Source: Alphaproteobacteria bacterium (GTDB taxonomy: Bacteria > Pseudomonadota > Alphaproteobacteria > Bin95). Taken from it: a stretch of DNA of 64,000 bases. Of this stretch, positions 29,767-39,286 are shown piece after piece. How positions within the stretch are numbered: position 1 is the first letter of the stretch; each line of letters begins with the position of its first letter. The translations under genes and the position numbers were made by a program. Under the pieces are notes generated by a model. It saw only the letters and a list, made by a program, of their open reading frames with translations, had not been told where the DNA came from and ran no database searches. The stretch is from contig OZ253490.1 of assembly GCA_965261985.1 (NCBI GenBank), positions 1,511,947 to 1,575,946 on the forward strand, read 5' to 3'.

Positions 29767-31425
29767 ATGAGCGAAGGCCGGAATTTCGATTATGTCGTGG
29801 TCGGCGCGGGGTCGGCGGGGTGCGTGCTCGCCAACCGGCTGACCGAGGACGGCAGGGCGACCGTATTGGTGCTCGAGGCCGGCGGCAACGACCGCAGCAT
29901 ATTCCTGCAAATGCCGACGGCGCTCGCCATCGCCATGGGCCACAGGCGCTATGGCTGGCACTACTGGACCGAGCCCGAACCGCATCTGGGCGGGCGGCGC
30001 CTCCATTGCCCGCGCGGCCGGGTGCTGGGCGGCTCGTCCTCCGTCAACGGCATGGCCTATGTGCGCGGCAATGCGCTCGACTATGACGGTTGGGCAGAGG
30101 GCGGCGCGTCCGGCTGGTCCTATGCCGGGGTGCTGCCCTATTTCCGGCGGGCGGAAAGCTTCAGCGGCGGCGGCGACGACTGGCGCGGCGATTCGGGCCC
30201 GCTCAACACCTCGCGCGGAGCCATGACAAACCCGCTTTACGCCGCCTTCATCGAGGCGGGCGGGCAGGCAGGCTATGCCCGCACCGCAGACATGAACGGC
30301 TACCGGCAGGAGGGCTTCGGGCCGATGGACATGACGGTCCATCGGGGCCGGCGGTGGAGCGCCGCCAACGCCTATCTCAAGCCCGCCGCCGGGCGGCCCA
30401 ACCTCGCCGTGGAGACCGGCGCGCTGGCAACCCGCATCCTGCTCGACGACGGACGCGCCTCCGGCGTCGAGTACCGGCAGGGCGGCGCGGTCCGCACGGT
30501 GCAGGCGCGGCGCGAGGTCATCCTTTCGGGCGGCCCGATCAACTCGCCGCAACTCCTGATGCTCTCGGGTATCGGCCCGGCCGCGCATCTCGCGGAGCAT
30601 GGCATTGCGGTCGCTTGCGACCTGCCCGGCGTCGGCGGAAACCTCCAGGACCATCTGGAACTGTATGTGCAGCAGGAATGCACGCAGCCGATCACGCTCC
30701 ATTCCGCGACGGGCCTGCTGCAGAAAGCCCTGATCGGCGCCCGCTGGGTGCTGTTCAGGTCCGGGCTCGGCGCGACCAACCATTTCGAGGCCGGCGGCTT
30801 CATCCGCTCGCGTCCGGGCGTCCGCTGGCCGGACATCCAGTACCACTTCCTGCCGCTCGCGGCCTCCTACGACATGAGCGAGAGGGTCCGCTGCCACGGC
30901 TACCAGGCGCATGCGGGTCCGATGCGCTCGAAATCGCGCGGCGAGGTCCTGCTCGCGTCGGCCGACCCGCTGGAGCCGCCGAGGGTGCGGTTCGACTATA
31001 TGAGCCATCCCGACGACTGGGCGGAGATGCGCGCCTGCGTCCGCCTCACGCGGGAAATCTTCGCCCAGCCCGCCTTCGACCGCTATCGCGGCCGGGAACT
31101 CGCGCCGGGCGAGGCGGTGCGGAGCGACGAGGAGATCGACGCTTTCGTGCGCGAGACCGTCCAGAGCGCCTACCATCCCTGCGGGACCTGCAGGATGGGC
31201 ACCGACGCCATGGCGGTCGTCGATCCGGAACTGCGGCTTCGCGGCATGGACGGCCTGCGCGTGGTGGACAGCTCCGTCATGCCGGCGATCGCGACCGGCA
31301 ATCTCAATGCGCCGACGATCATGATCGCGGAGAAGGCGGCCGATGCAATTCGAGGCCTTCCGCCCCTGCCGCCCTCCGGCGCCTCCTTCTACACAGCGCC
31401 CGACTGGCAGGCGGCGCAGCGCTGA
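29767..31425 (+). CDS. betA: choline dehydrogenase (GMC oxidoreductase)
   Basis: FDYVVVGAGSAGCVLANRLTED, the GMC signature and a C-terminal HPCGTCRMG. 552 aa. Confidence 0.9.
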   Translation: MSEGRNFDYVVVGAGSAGCVLANRLTEDGRATVLVLEAGGNDRSIFLQMPTALAIAMGHRRYGWHYWTEPEPHLGGRRLHCPRGRVLGGSSSVNGMAYVRGNALDYDGWAEGGASGWSYAGVLPYFRRAESFSGGGDDWRGDSGPLNTSRGAMTNPLYAAFIEAGGQAGYARTADMNGYRQEGFGPMDMTVHRGRRWSAANAYLKPAAGRPNLAVETGALATRILLDDGRASGVEYRQGGAVRTVQARREVILSGGPINSPQLLMLSGIGPAAHLAEHGIAVACDLPGVGGNLQDHLELYVQQECTQPITLHSATGLLQKALIGARWVLFRSGLGATNHFEAGGFIRSRPGVRWPDIQYHFLPLAASYDMSERVRCHGYQAHAGPMRSKSRGEVLLASADPLEPPRVRFDYMSHPDDWAEMRACVRLTREIFAQPAFDRYRGRELAPGEAVRSDEEIDAFVRETVQSAYHPCGTCRMGTDAMAVVDPELRLRGMDGLRVVDSSVMPAIATGNLNAPTIMIAEKAADAIRGLPPLPPSGASFYTAPDWQAAQR

Positions 31426-31440
31426 CGGACCGGCCCGAGA

Positions 31441-31857
31441 CTACGGTCCGGCGTCGATCTCGATAGTGCGGGTGTGGGTCTCGGGCTCCGGGCGCGCGAG
31501 ATCGATATGCAGCAGGCCATTTTCTGTATGCGCCTTCTGCACCTCGATGCCCTCCGCCAGCACGAAACGGCGCTGGAACTGGCGCGCCGCGATGCCTCGG
31601 TGCAGGAAGACGCGCCCTTCCGCCTCCTCGCCATGCCGCCCGCGCACGATCAACTGCCGGTCCTCGACCGAAATCGTCAGGTCCTCGCGCGAAAACCCCG
31701 CTACCGCCAGCGAAATGCGCAGCCGGTTGTTGCCCGTCTGTTCGATATTGTAGGGCGGATAGCCGTCCGCCGACGCCTTCGACACCGTGTCGAGCATCTG
31801 CTCCAGACGGTCGAATCCGAGCAGCAGCGGGCTGTTGAAAACCGGAATTCGCGACAT
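31441..31857 (-). CDS. Hsp20/alpha-crystallin family small heat-shock protein
   Basis: 138-aa product with PPYNIEQTGNNRLRISLAVAGF and GLLHIDL motifs. Start ATG at 31857. Confidence 0.85.
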   Translation of the reverse strand: MSRIPVFNSPLLLGFDRLEQMLDTVSKASADGYPPYNIEQTGNNRLRISLAVAGFSREDLTISVEDRQLIVRGRHGEEAEGRVFLHRGIAARQFQRRFVLAEGIEVQKAHTENGLLHIDLARPEPETHTRTIEIDAGP

Positions 31858-31969
31858 GGCGCTGGCTCCCCTCCCGATAAAGCAGGACGCGCGCGAACCG
31901 GACCCGAGCATTGCGGCATCCGGCGGCATTGGTATATGGGAGGCGGGAGAGGGAGTGCAAGCGCCGCCC

Positions 31970-34738
31970 ATGACCGACAAGTCCGACACGACCGCTCAGC
32001 CTGTCCCGTTCACGCTAGACGGCCGCGAGGTGTTGGCGCTGCCCGGGGAAACCATCTGGCAGGCGGCCGCGCGCCTCGGCACCGTGCTGCCGCATCTTTG
32101 CTATGCGCCGGAGCCGGGCTACCGCGCCGACGGCAATTGCCGCGCCTGCATGGTCGAGATCGAGGGCGAGCGCGCGCTGGCGCCGTCCTGCCTGCGGCAC
32201 CCCGCGGCGGGCATGACAGTCAACAGCTCGGGCGACCGGCCGGCGCGCGCCCGGCGCATGGTGCTGGAACTGCTGCTTGCCGACCAGCCGGAAGACGCCC
32301 ACGACCCCGCATCGCGCTTCGGCGAGTGGATTGCCGATGCCGGCCTCGAAGCCGGGCGGCTGCCGGGGCGCGAGGCGCCGGCCGAGGATGTCAGCCACCC
32401 GGCCATGGCGGTCAATCTCGACGCCTGCATCCATTGCAATCTCTGCGTGCGCGCCTGCCGGGAAGTGCAGGTCAACGATGTCATCGGCATGGCCGGGCGC
32501 GGGGCGGAGGCGAAGATCGTCTTCGATTTCGACGACCCCATGGGCCACTCGACCTGCGTTGCCTGCGGCGAGTGCGTGCAGGCCTGCCCCACGGGCGCGC
32601 TGATGCCGAAGACGGCGCTCGGCGCGCCGCCGCCCGACCGGCAGGTGGAGAGTGTGTGCCCCTATTGCGGCGTCGGCTGCCAGATCACCTATTCGATAAG
32701 CGGAGACCGGCTAATCTCGGTCGAGGGCCGCGACGGCCCGGCCAATGAGCAGCGGCTCTGCGTCAAGGGCCGTTTCGGCTTCGACTACATCTCCCATCCC
32801 GAGCGGCTGACGCGGCCGCTGGTCCGCCGCGACGATGCTCCGAAAGGCCTGAATGTCGATCCCGCCCGGCCGCTGACCCACTTCCGCGAGGCGAGCTGGG
32901 AAGAGGCGCTGGACAAGGCCGCCGCCGGCCTCGCGTCCGCCAAGGCGGCGCACGGCCCCCGCGCGCTCGCCGGCTTCGGCTCCGCCAAGGGGTCGAACGA
33001 GGAGGCCTACCTGTTCCAGAAGCTGGTCCGCACCGGCTTCGGTTCCAACAATGTGGACCACTGCACGCGCCTCTGCCACGCCTCCTCGGTCGCAGCGCTG
33101 CTGGAAGGCATCGGCTCCGGCGCGGTGACGGCGACCTTCAACGAGGCCCGCAATGCCGATGCGCTGGTCGTCATCGGCGCCAACCCGACCGAGAACCACC
33201 CTGTCGCCGCCACCTATTTCAAGCAGGCGGCGAAACGCGGCGCGGCGCTGATCGTCATGGACCCGCGCGGCCAGGCGCTGAAACGCCATGCGACGCATAT
33301 GCTGCAATTCCGGCCCGGCCGTGATGTGGCGATGCTGAACGCGATCATGCACACCATCGTCGCCGAGGAGCTTTACGACCGCCAGTATGTCGCCGCGCAT
33401 ACGGCCGATTTCGAGGCGCTCAGCGAGCATCTGGCCGCTTTCCCGCCCGAGGAGATGGCGCCGCTTTGCGGCATCGACGCGGCGATGCTGAAGGAGGTCG
33501 CGCGCGTCTACGCGCGTGCGGAGCGCGCGATGATCTTCTGGGGCATGGGCGTCTCGCAGCATGTCCACGGCACGGACAACGCGCGCTGCCTGATCGCGCT
33601 GGCGCTGATGTGCGGCCATGTCGGCCGGCCGGGCACCGGGCTGCACCCGCTGCGCGGGCAGAACAATGTGCAGGGCGCATCCGACGCCGGCCTCATCCCG
33701 ATGATGTATCCGGACTACAGGCGCGTCGCCGAGCCGGAGGCCCAGGCCCGTTTCGAGGCGGCGTGGGGGGTGAAGCTCGACCCGGAGCCGGGGCTGACCG
33801 TGGTCGAGATCGTGGATGCGATCCACAAGGGCGGGGTGCGCGCCATGTACATCATGGGCGAGAACCCGGCGATGTCGGACCCCGACGCGACCCATGCCCG
33901 CGAGGCGCTCGCAAAGCTCGACCATCTGGTGGTGCAGGACCTGTTCCTGACCGAGACGGCGATGTTCGCCGATGTCGTGCTGCCGGCTTCGGCCTGGCCG
34001 GAGAAAGACGGGACCGTCACCAACACCAACCGCCAGGTGCAGCGCGGGCGCAAGGCGTTCGAGCCGCCGGGCGAGGCGCGCGAGGACTGGCAGATCATCC
34101 GGGACATCGCCCGGCGCATGGGTCTCGGCTGGGACTACACCCATCCGCGCGAGGTCTATGCCGAGATGGCCGGCCTGATGCCGTCGCTCGACCATATCGA
34201 TTGGGACCGGCTGGAGGCCGAAAGCGCGGTCACCTATCCATCCGACGGGCCGGACCATCCGGGCCATCCGGTGGTGTTCGCCGACCGCTTCCCGACCGGC
34301 GACGGGCGGGCGCGCTTCGTGCCGGCCGACATCGTGCCGCCCGCCGAGGAGCCGGATTCGGAGTTTCCGATGGTGCTGACCACCGGGCGGCAGTTGGAGC
34401 ATTGGCACACGGGCGCGATGACGCGGCGCGCGAGCATGCTGGACGCCATCGAGCCGGAGGCGACCGCGAGCCTAGCGCCCGCAGACCTGCGCGCACTCGG
34501 ACTCGCGCCTGGCGACCGGGTGCGCATCGAGACCCGGCGCGGCGCCATTGAGCTCACCGCGCGCATGGACGGCGCGGTGCCGGCCGGCCTGGTCTTTGCG
34601 CCGTTCGCCTATGTCGAGGCGGCGGCGAACGAGCTCACCAATCCGCAGCTCGACCCCTGGGGCAAGATCCCGGAGTTCAAGTTCTGTGCCGCCCGGGTTG
34701 TGCCGGTCGGGGAAGGGACGGCGGCAGAGCGCCCGTGA
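31970..34738 (+). CDS. formate dehydrogenase alpha subunit (FdhF/FdsA-like, molybdopterin)
   Basis: N-terminal 2Fe-2S and 4Fe-4S cysteine clusters, CPYCGVGC, and a molybdopterin oxidoreductase domain with Cys rather than Sec (HCTRLCHASS). 922 aa. Confidence 0.85.
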   Translation: MTDKSDTTAQPVPFTLDGREVLALPGETIWQAAARLGTVLPHLCYAPEPGYRADGNCRACMVEIEGERALAPSCLRHPAAGMTVNSSGDRPARARRMVLELLLADQPEDAHDPASRFGEWIADAGLEAGRLPGREAPAEDVSHPAMAVNLDACIHCNLCVRACREVQVNDVIGMAGRGAEAKIVFDFDDPMGHSTCVACGECVQACPTGALMPKTALGAPPPDRQVESVCPYCGVGCQITYSISGDRLISVEGRDGPANEQRLCVKGRFGFDYISHPERLTRPLVRRDDAPKGLNVDPARPLTHFREASWEEALDKAAAGLASAKAAHGPRALAGFGSAKGSNEEAYLFQKLVRTGFGSNNVDHCTRLCHASSVAALLEGIGSGAVTATFNEARNADALVVIGANPTENHPVAATYFKQAAKRGAALIVMDPRGQALKRHATHMLQFRPGRDVAMLNAIMHTIVAEELYDRQYVAAHTADFEALSEHLAAFPPEEMAPLCGIDAAMLKEVARVYARAERAMIFWGMGVSQHVHGTDNARCLIALALMCGHVGRPGTGLHPLRGQNNVQGASDAGLIPMMYPDYRRVAEPEAQARFEAAWGVKLDPEPGLTVVEIVDAIHKGGVRAMYIMGENPAMSDPDATHAREALAKLDHLVVQDLFLTETAMFADVVLPASAWPEKDGTVTNTNRQVQRGRKAFEPPGEAREDWQIIRDIARRMGLGWDYTHPREVYAEMAGLMPSLDHIDWDRLEAESAVTYPSDGPDHPGHPVVFADRFPTGDGRARFVPADIVPPAEEPDSEFPMVLTTGRQLEHWHTGAMTRRASMLDAIEPEATASLAPADLRALGLAPGDRVRIETRRGAIELTARMDGAVPAGLVFAPFAYVEAAANELTNPQLDPWGKIPEFKFCAARVVPVGEGTAAERP

Positions 34739-35859
34739 ACCGGGCCGGACTCGTTCTTGCCGGCTGCCTGCTGCTGGCCGCAACGTCGATTCCGGGTCTG
34801 GCGGCAAGCGCGCGCGTTGTCTCCGTCAACCTGCCGCTGCCGGCGGTCCATCCGGTCGTGGCCTCGGGTTGGGGCGCTTTCGTCGAGGCGGCGGAGCGGG
34901 ACGGGCTGTTCGCATTCCACCTGTTCGTGGACGGCTCCCTGCTCGGCCAGGAACGCGCGCTGGCCGGCCTTGCGCATGGCGATGCGCAGATGGGCTACGC
35001 CACGCTCACGGCCCATCCGGCCGGGCTTCCGCAACGGGTGACGCTCGGCCGCCTGGCGCTGGCCGGGCCCGACCCGCTTGCCGGTGCAGCCGCCATGACC
35101 GAATTCGTCATGCTGCATTGCCCGCCCTGCCTGGAAGGGCTGGCGAAGCGGGGTGTCGTCTTCCTCGGCAGCCATGCGGCCGGGCCCTTCCACCTGCTCT
35201 CGCTCAAGCCGCTGGCGCGGGCGGAATCGCTGAAGGGAGCTCGTGTCGCGAGCCCCGGACCGCCCTGGGACAACCTGCTGCGGCGCCTTGACGGCCAACC
35301 CGAGGCGGTCGCCGGGAGCCTGGCAGCGGCGCTCGAAGAAGGGCGGATCGACGCCGTTCTCGGCCCGGTCGCGCTGCTTGCCGATCCGGCGCTCGCGCAC
35401 CAGGTCCGCGCGGTCACGGCCATGCATCTCGGCGTTTACCGGGTGTCGAGTCCGTTTTCCGCAAATCTCGGCTTCTGGCGGACATTGGCGCCCGGGGAAC
35501 GGGCCGCTCTGCTGGACGCCGCGCCCCGGGGCCTCGCCGCCGCCGCGCTTGCCTACCGGGCCGCCGACGAAAAGGCCCGCAAGGCAATGGCGGAGGCCGG
35601 CACGGCCTTCAGCCGCGCCCACCCGGCGCTGGTGAAAGCGGCGGTCGGTTTCGACGCCGAGGCCGGGACGGTGGAACTGCGAACCGAAGGCGAACGGGCG
35701 GACGCCCTGGCGGCCGGTTTCCGACGGCTCCACGACAAATACAGGAGCCTGTTCGCCGGGGAAGAACAGTCGGTCGAGTCGGTCGCCAGCGTACTGCAGG
35801 ATGAAATATTCGACCGGCTGGACCCCGGAACATACGGCCTGGGGCTGGCAAGGCCGTGA
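34735..35859 (+). CDS. TRAP-transporter DctP-family periplasmic solute-binding protein (orphan, no dctQM nearby)
   Basis: Signal peptide and a DctP-like pattern (GSLLGQERALAGLAHGDAQMGYA; LKGARVASPG...). The GTG start overlaps the fdh stop. Confidence 0.45.
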   Translation: MNRAGLVLAGCLLLAATSIPGLAASARVVSVNLPLPAVHPVVASGWGAFVEAAERDGLFAFHLFVDGSLLGQERALAGLAHGDAQMGYATLTAHPAGLPQRVTLGRLALAGPDPLAGAAAMTEFVMLHCPPCLEGLAKRGVVFLGSHAAGPFHLLSLKPLARAESLKGARVASPGPPWDNLLRRLDGQPEAVAGSLAAALEEGRIDAVLGPVALLADPALAHQVRAVTAMHLGVYRVSSPFSANLGFWRTLAPGERAALLDAAPRGLAAAALAYRAADEKARKAMAEAGTAFSRAHPALVKAAVGFDAEAGTVELRTEGERADALAAGFRRLHDKYRSLFAGEEQSVESVASVLQDEIFDRLDPGTYGLGLARP

Positions 35860-36431
35860 GGCTCGGCATCGTTTCCGACCTGCATTGCAATATCGCGGGG
35901 CTGGAGAAGGCCGCCGCGCTGATGGGGCCGGTGGACGACCTGCTGTGCCTCGGCGATTCGATCTACGAATACCGGTTCTCGAACGAGGTCGCCGCCTTCC
36001 TGCGCGACCGGGGCGCGAAGACGATCCTCGGCAACCACGAAGAGGTGTTCTTCGGCGCCGGCGGCGAGCGGGCGCGGCAGGCGGAATGGATCGATCCCGA
36101 CCTGATGGCGTGGCTCGCCAGCCAGCCGCGCCAAAGACGGCTCGACTATGGCGGCAAGACGGTGCTGATGGTCCATTCCACCGCCTGGGAGCCTTGCGGC
36201 GCCTATGTCTATCCGCACAGCCGGGAGTTCCGCCGCTTCGGCGAGGCGGATGCGCGCTTCGTGCTCTACGGCCACACCCATATGCAGGTGGCCGAGCGCG
36301 TCGGCGAGGTTCTGGTCGTCAATCCGGGCTCGGCCGGCGATGCGCGCGACCACGCCAACGGCCGCCGGCTGAGCTTCGCCGTGCTCGACACCGACACCGA
36401 AGCGGTGGAGTTCACGGACTTCACCCAGTGA
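35856..36431 (+). CDS. YfcE-like metallophosphoesterase
   Basis: Calcineurin-like motifs DLHCN, GDSIY, GNHE and GHTH. The GTG start overlaps the previous stop. Confidence 0.75.
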   Translation: MRLGIVSDLHCNIAGLEKAAALMGPVDDLLCLGDSIYEYRFSNEVAAFLRDRGAKTILGNHEEVFFGAGGERARQAEWIDPDLMAWLASQPRQRRLDYGGKTVLMVHSTAWEPCGAYVYPHSREFRRFGEADARFVLYGHTHMQVAERVGEVLVVNPGSAGDARDHANGRRLSFAVLDTDTEAVEFTDFTQ

Positions 36432-36441
36432 CACTCCGGGC

Positions 36442-36588
36442 GTCGATGTCGTTCCGGTGCTTGCCGCGCCTCTTGTCTCGACGGTTCCGGTCGAGGCCGA
36501 CGGGCCGCGGGACGGCGAAGCGATAAAACGCCGCGCCATGCAATGGCTCGATGAAGCGCGCGCGCTCGGCGCCCATATCGCCCTGTAA
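36442..36588 (+). pseudogene. possible N-terminal fragment of a carbon-nitrogen hydrolase gene
   Basis: Frame translation ...VVPVLAAPLVSTVPVEADGPRDGEAIKRRAMQWLDEARALGAHIAL* resembles the N-terminus of carbon-nitrogen hydrolases (…LIDEAAAQGADLVVFPE) and is cut by a stop codon. Very short. Confidence 0.2.
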
Positions 36589-36650
36589 GGAAGGCGGCGC
36601 GGCCGCGGACATCGAAACGGCGGTACAATCCTTGCGCAAGCGGCGGTCGA

Positions 36651-38195
36651 TTGCGGAGCGACGAAGGGTTCGCCCCGGAAGAGAGCCGGCGCCCGCTGCC
36701 GGCCCGTCACGCAGGGAATTGCGCACACATCTGGAACGGAAGAGGCGTGCCGGCCTTGAATAGTCCCGCAAATCGCACCGTTCCGTCGCCGGAATTCGCC
36801 CTCTCCTGCCTCCGCTCGCCGCTCGGGAGCCTGTTCGCCCGGCCCTGGTTCGACCGCGCCGCCCTGCCGGTCCTGTCCGGCTGGTATTTCCCGCTGTCCC
36901 GGCTCTGGGCGGCGGCGCGGGCGGCAGAAGGCTCCGTGGAGCGGTATTTTGCCGAGGTTCCCATATCGCCCACGCCGCGCCTCGAACGCGCGCTCGGGTT
37001 GCGCCTCAGCCGCTTCGAGCGGGTCCGCGCGCAGGCCCTGGAGAGCGAGCGCGCCTGGGAGGAGGCCTTTTTCGGCCCCGCCGCGGCAGCGCCGGCGGTG
37101 CTCCGGGAGGCGGAGCGGGCGCGGCTGTTCGACCGCCATGCCTATAATGCGTTGCGCCGGATGTTCGCGCCGTTCAGGGTCTGGGGCCGGGCGGCGCCCT
37201 TCCGCTGGCAAATCCCGGACTCCGCCGAGGTAGAAGCGCTGTACGGTGCTTTCGCTGCCGAGCCCGGGCGCGCCTTCGCCGTGCCGGAGCGCATGCCGCC
37301 CGTCCGGGTCTCGCATGCCTTCCCGGCTGCGGCCGGCAGGCGGGACTACTGGATCCGGTTCGCCTCCCCGTCGGCCCGGATGAACGATGAGGTCGTCGCC
37401 CGGGTGTACGAGCCCGTCGGCGCCGCCGACCCGCCGACATTGATCTTCGGCCACGGCATCGGGGTCGAGTTCGATCATTGGCGGGGGGTGGCGGACGAGA
37501 TCGAGGCGCTGGTCGGGGCGGGCGTCCGGGTCGTGCGGCCGGAAGCCCCCTGGCACGGACGGCGGGTCCTGCCCGGCCGCTATGGCGGGGAGCAGTTCGT
37601 CGCGACGGCGCCCTGTGGGGCGCTCGACCACTTCACCGCTGCGGCCCGCGAATGGGCGGTGCTGATCGACTGGTGCAGGCAGGCAGGCAGGGGACCGGTC
37701 GCTATCGGCGGCTGCAGCGTCGGCGCGATGACGGCGCAGATCGTCGCCGACAGGGCGCGCGAATGGCCGGAGCGTCTCAGGCCCGATGCGATGCTGCTCA
37801 TCACGCCTTGCGGGCGCATTGAGGAGGTGATGCAGGGTTCGCTGGCCCGGGCCTGGGGCGTCGCCGGGGCCATGGCGGCGCACGGGTGGACGGGCGAGCT
37901 GGCGCGGCGGTTCATGCCGCTCCTCGATCCGGCGGACGAAACGGCGGTTGCGCCGGAGCATATCGTCACCGTGCTCGGCGCCTATGACGAGGTCATGCCC
38001 TATGAGGGCGCGCGGGCGCTGATCGACGGTTGCGGCGTGCCGCGGGAGAACCGGTTCGTCTGGCGCCGGGGCCATTTCAGCGTGCCGCTCACCATGCTCC
38101 GAAACCGTGCCCCGCTGGCCCGCTTCCGGGAGGTGTTAGCCCGGATTTCTCACCAAGGTCATGGCCTGCGCGGTGCTGTCGGCCCGGCAGGGTAG
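36651..38195 (+). CDS. alpha/beta-hydrolase fold protein with long N-terminal extension
   Basis: GCSVGAM nucleophile elbow and a downstream His. The start is uncertain, and the first 60-100 aa may be non-coding. Confidence 0.5.
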   Translation: MRSDEGFAPEESRRPLPARHAGNCAHIWNGRGVPALNSPANRTVPSPEFALSCLRSPLGSLFARPWFDRAALPVLSGWYFPLSRLWAAARAAEGSVERYFAEVPISPTPRLERALGLRLSRFERVRAQALESERAWEEAFFGPAAAAPAVLREAERARLFDRHAYNALRRMFAPFRVWGRAAPFRWQIPDSAEVEALYGAFAAEPGRAFAVPERMPPVRVSHAFPAAAGRRDYWIRFASPSARMNDEVVARVYEPVGAADPPTLIFGHGIGVEFDHWRGVADEIEALVGAGVRVVRPEAPWHGRRVLPGRYGGEQFVATAPCGALDHFTAAAREWAVLIDWCRQAGRGPVAIGGCSVGAMTAQIVADRAREWPERLRPDAMLLITPCGRIEEVMQGSLARAWGVAGAMAAHGWTGELARRFMPLLDPADETAVAPEHIVTVLGAYDEVMPYEGARALIDGCGVPRENRFVWRRGHFSVPLTMLRNRAPLARFREVLARISHQGHGLRGAVGPAG

Positions 38196-38387
38196 GAGAG
38201 ACGCGAAGCGCGATGCGGGGCATCGGGCAAGCGGATCGACGCACCATGCCGGGCCGACAGCGCCGCCCTCCGGGTCGCACCCAGGCGCCCGCCCGCAGCG
38301 TCGCGGGCCTCAACCGTAGGCTCCGCTACGCTTTTCGGCCCGCTCCTTGCGGATCGAACGCCTGGACGCGACGCAGGCCGCGACCTT

Positions 38388-38470
38388 GGTGAGAAATCCG
38401 GGCTCACCCGGGCTCGCCTGACCGGGCGCGCATTGCAGGCCGTGACAATGGTGAGAATTCCGGGCTAAAC
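38388..38470 (+). repeat. two copies of a GTGAGAA(A/T)TCCGGGCT motif upstream of the dienelactone hydrolase gene (a third copy lies at 48005-48025)
   Basis: GGTGAGAAATCCGGGCTCACC (38388-38408) and GGTGAGAATTCCGGGCTAAAC (38450-38470) compare with AGTGAGGAATCCGGGCTAAAA at 48005. Confidence 0.5.
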
Positions 38471-38509
38471 AACGGGCCAACCGAACGCCGATGGCAGGAG
38501 AGGGAAACG

Positions 38510-39181
38510 ATGGGCGAGTGGATCGAGGTCGCGTCGAGCGACGGTTTCGAGTTCGGGTGCTACACCGCTGCGCCGGCGGGCGCGCCGAAGGGCGGCATGC
38601 TGGTCATCCAGGAGATTTTCGGCGTCAACGCGCATATTCGCGAGGTTGCGGACGGCTATGCGGCGGACGGCTATCTCGCCTGGGCGCCGTCGCTCTACGA
38701 CCGGGTCGAGCGGCGCTTCGAATGCGGCTACACGCCGGAGGACATCGCGAAGGCCCGCGACATCATGGTCGGGTCGCCGTTCGACGTGGCGGTCCAGGAC
38801 ATGGCCGCGACGGTTGAGGGGCTGAGGGCCGCGGGTGCGGGAAAGATCGGCTCCGTCGGCTATTGCTGGGGCGGGTCTGCCTCCTTCCTGGTCGCGACCC
38901 GCATCGGGGTCGATGCCAGCGTGTGCTACTATGGCGGGCAGATCGCGCCCTGCAAGGACGAGGCGGCGAAGAACCCGCTGCTGATGCATTTCGGCGAGCA
39001 CGACCACGGCATCCCGATGGAGGATGTGGAGGCGATCCGCGCCGCCCAGCCCGAGGCCGAGGTCCACATCTACCCCGCCGGCCACGGCTTCAACTGCAAC
39101 CATCGCGCCGACTGGCACGAGGAGGCGGCAAAGCTCGCCCGCAACCGCAGCCTCGCCTTCTTCGCCAAGCATATGGGCTGA
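38510..39181 (+). CDS. dienelactone hydrolase family protein
   Basis: MLVIQEIFGVN, GYCWGG and HIYPAGHGF dienelactone hydrolase motifs. 223 aa. Confidence 0.85.
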   Translation: MGEWIEVASSDGFEFGCYTAAPAGAPKGGMLVIQEIFGVNAHIREVADGYAADGYLAWAPSLYDRVERRFECGYTPEDIAKARDIMVGSPFDVAVQDMAATVEGLRAAGAGKIGSVGYCWGGSASFLVATRIGVDASVCYYGGQIAPCKDEAAKNPLLMHFGEHDHGIPMEDVEAIRAAQPEAEVHIYPAGHGFNCNHRADWHEEAAKLARNRSLAFFAKHMG

Positions 39182-39286
39182 GCGGGGCCGGGGGCCTCGA
39201 AGACCCCTCTCCCCCCTGTGGCCGGCCGTGACAGGGGGGCTGCGCGGGAGTAGCCTCCGGGAACGCCGGCAAACGGAGAAGACAGG

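Noticed and set aside
38196-38509. tRNA-like GGATCGAAC segment in the 314-bp intergenic region
   Set aside because: No cloverleaf can be drawn. It lacks the T-loop GTTCGAATCC consensus and an acceptor stem. The region is better explained by the repeated GTGAGAATCCGGGCT motif and hairpins.
39211-39239. Hairpin CCCCCCTGT...ACAGGGGGG after the dienelactone hydrolase gene, as a possible intrinsic terminator
   Set aside because: Perfect 9-bp stem but no U-tract follows. Noted only as a stem-loop, not called as a terminator.
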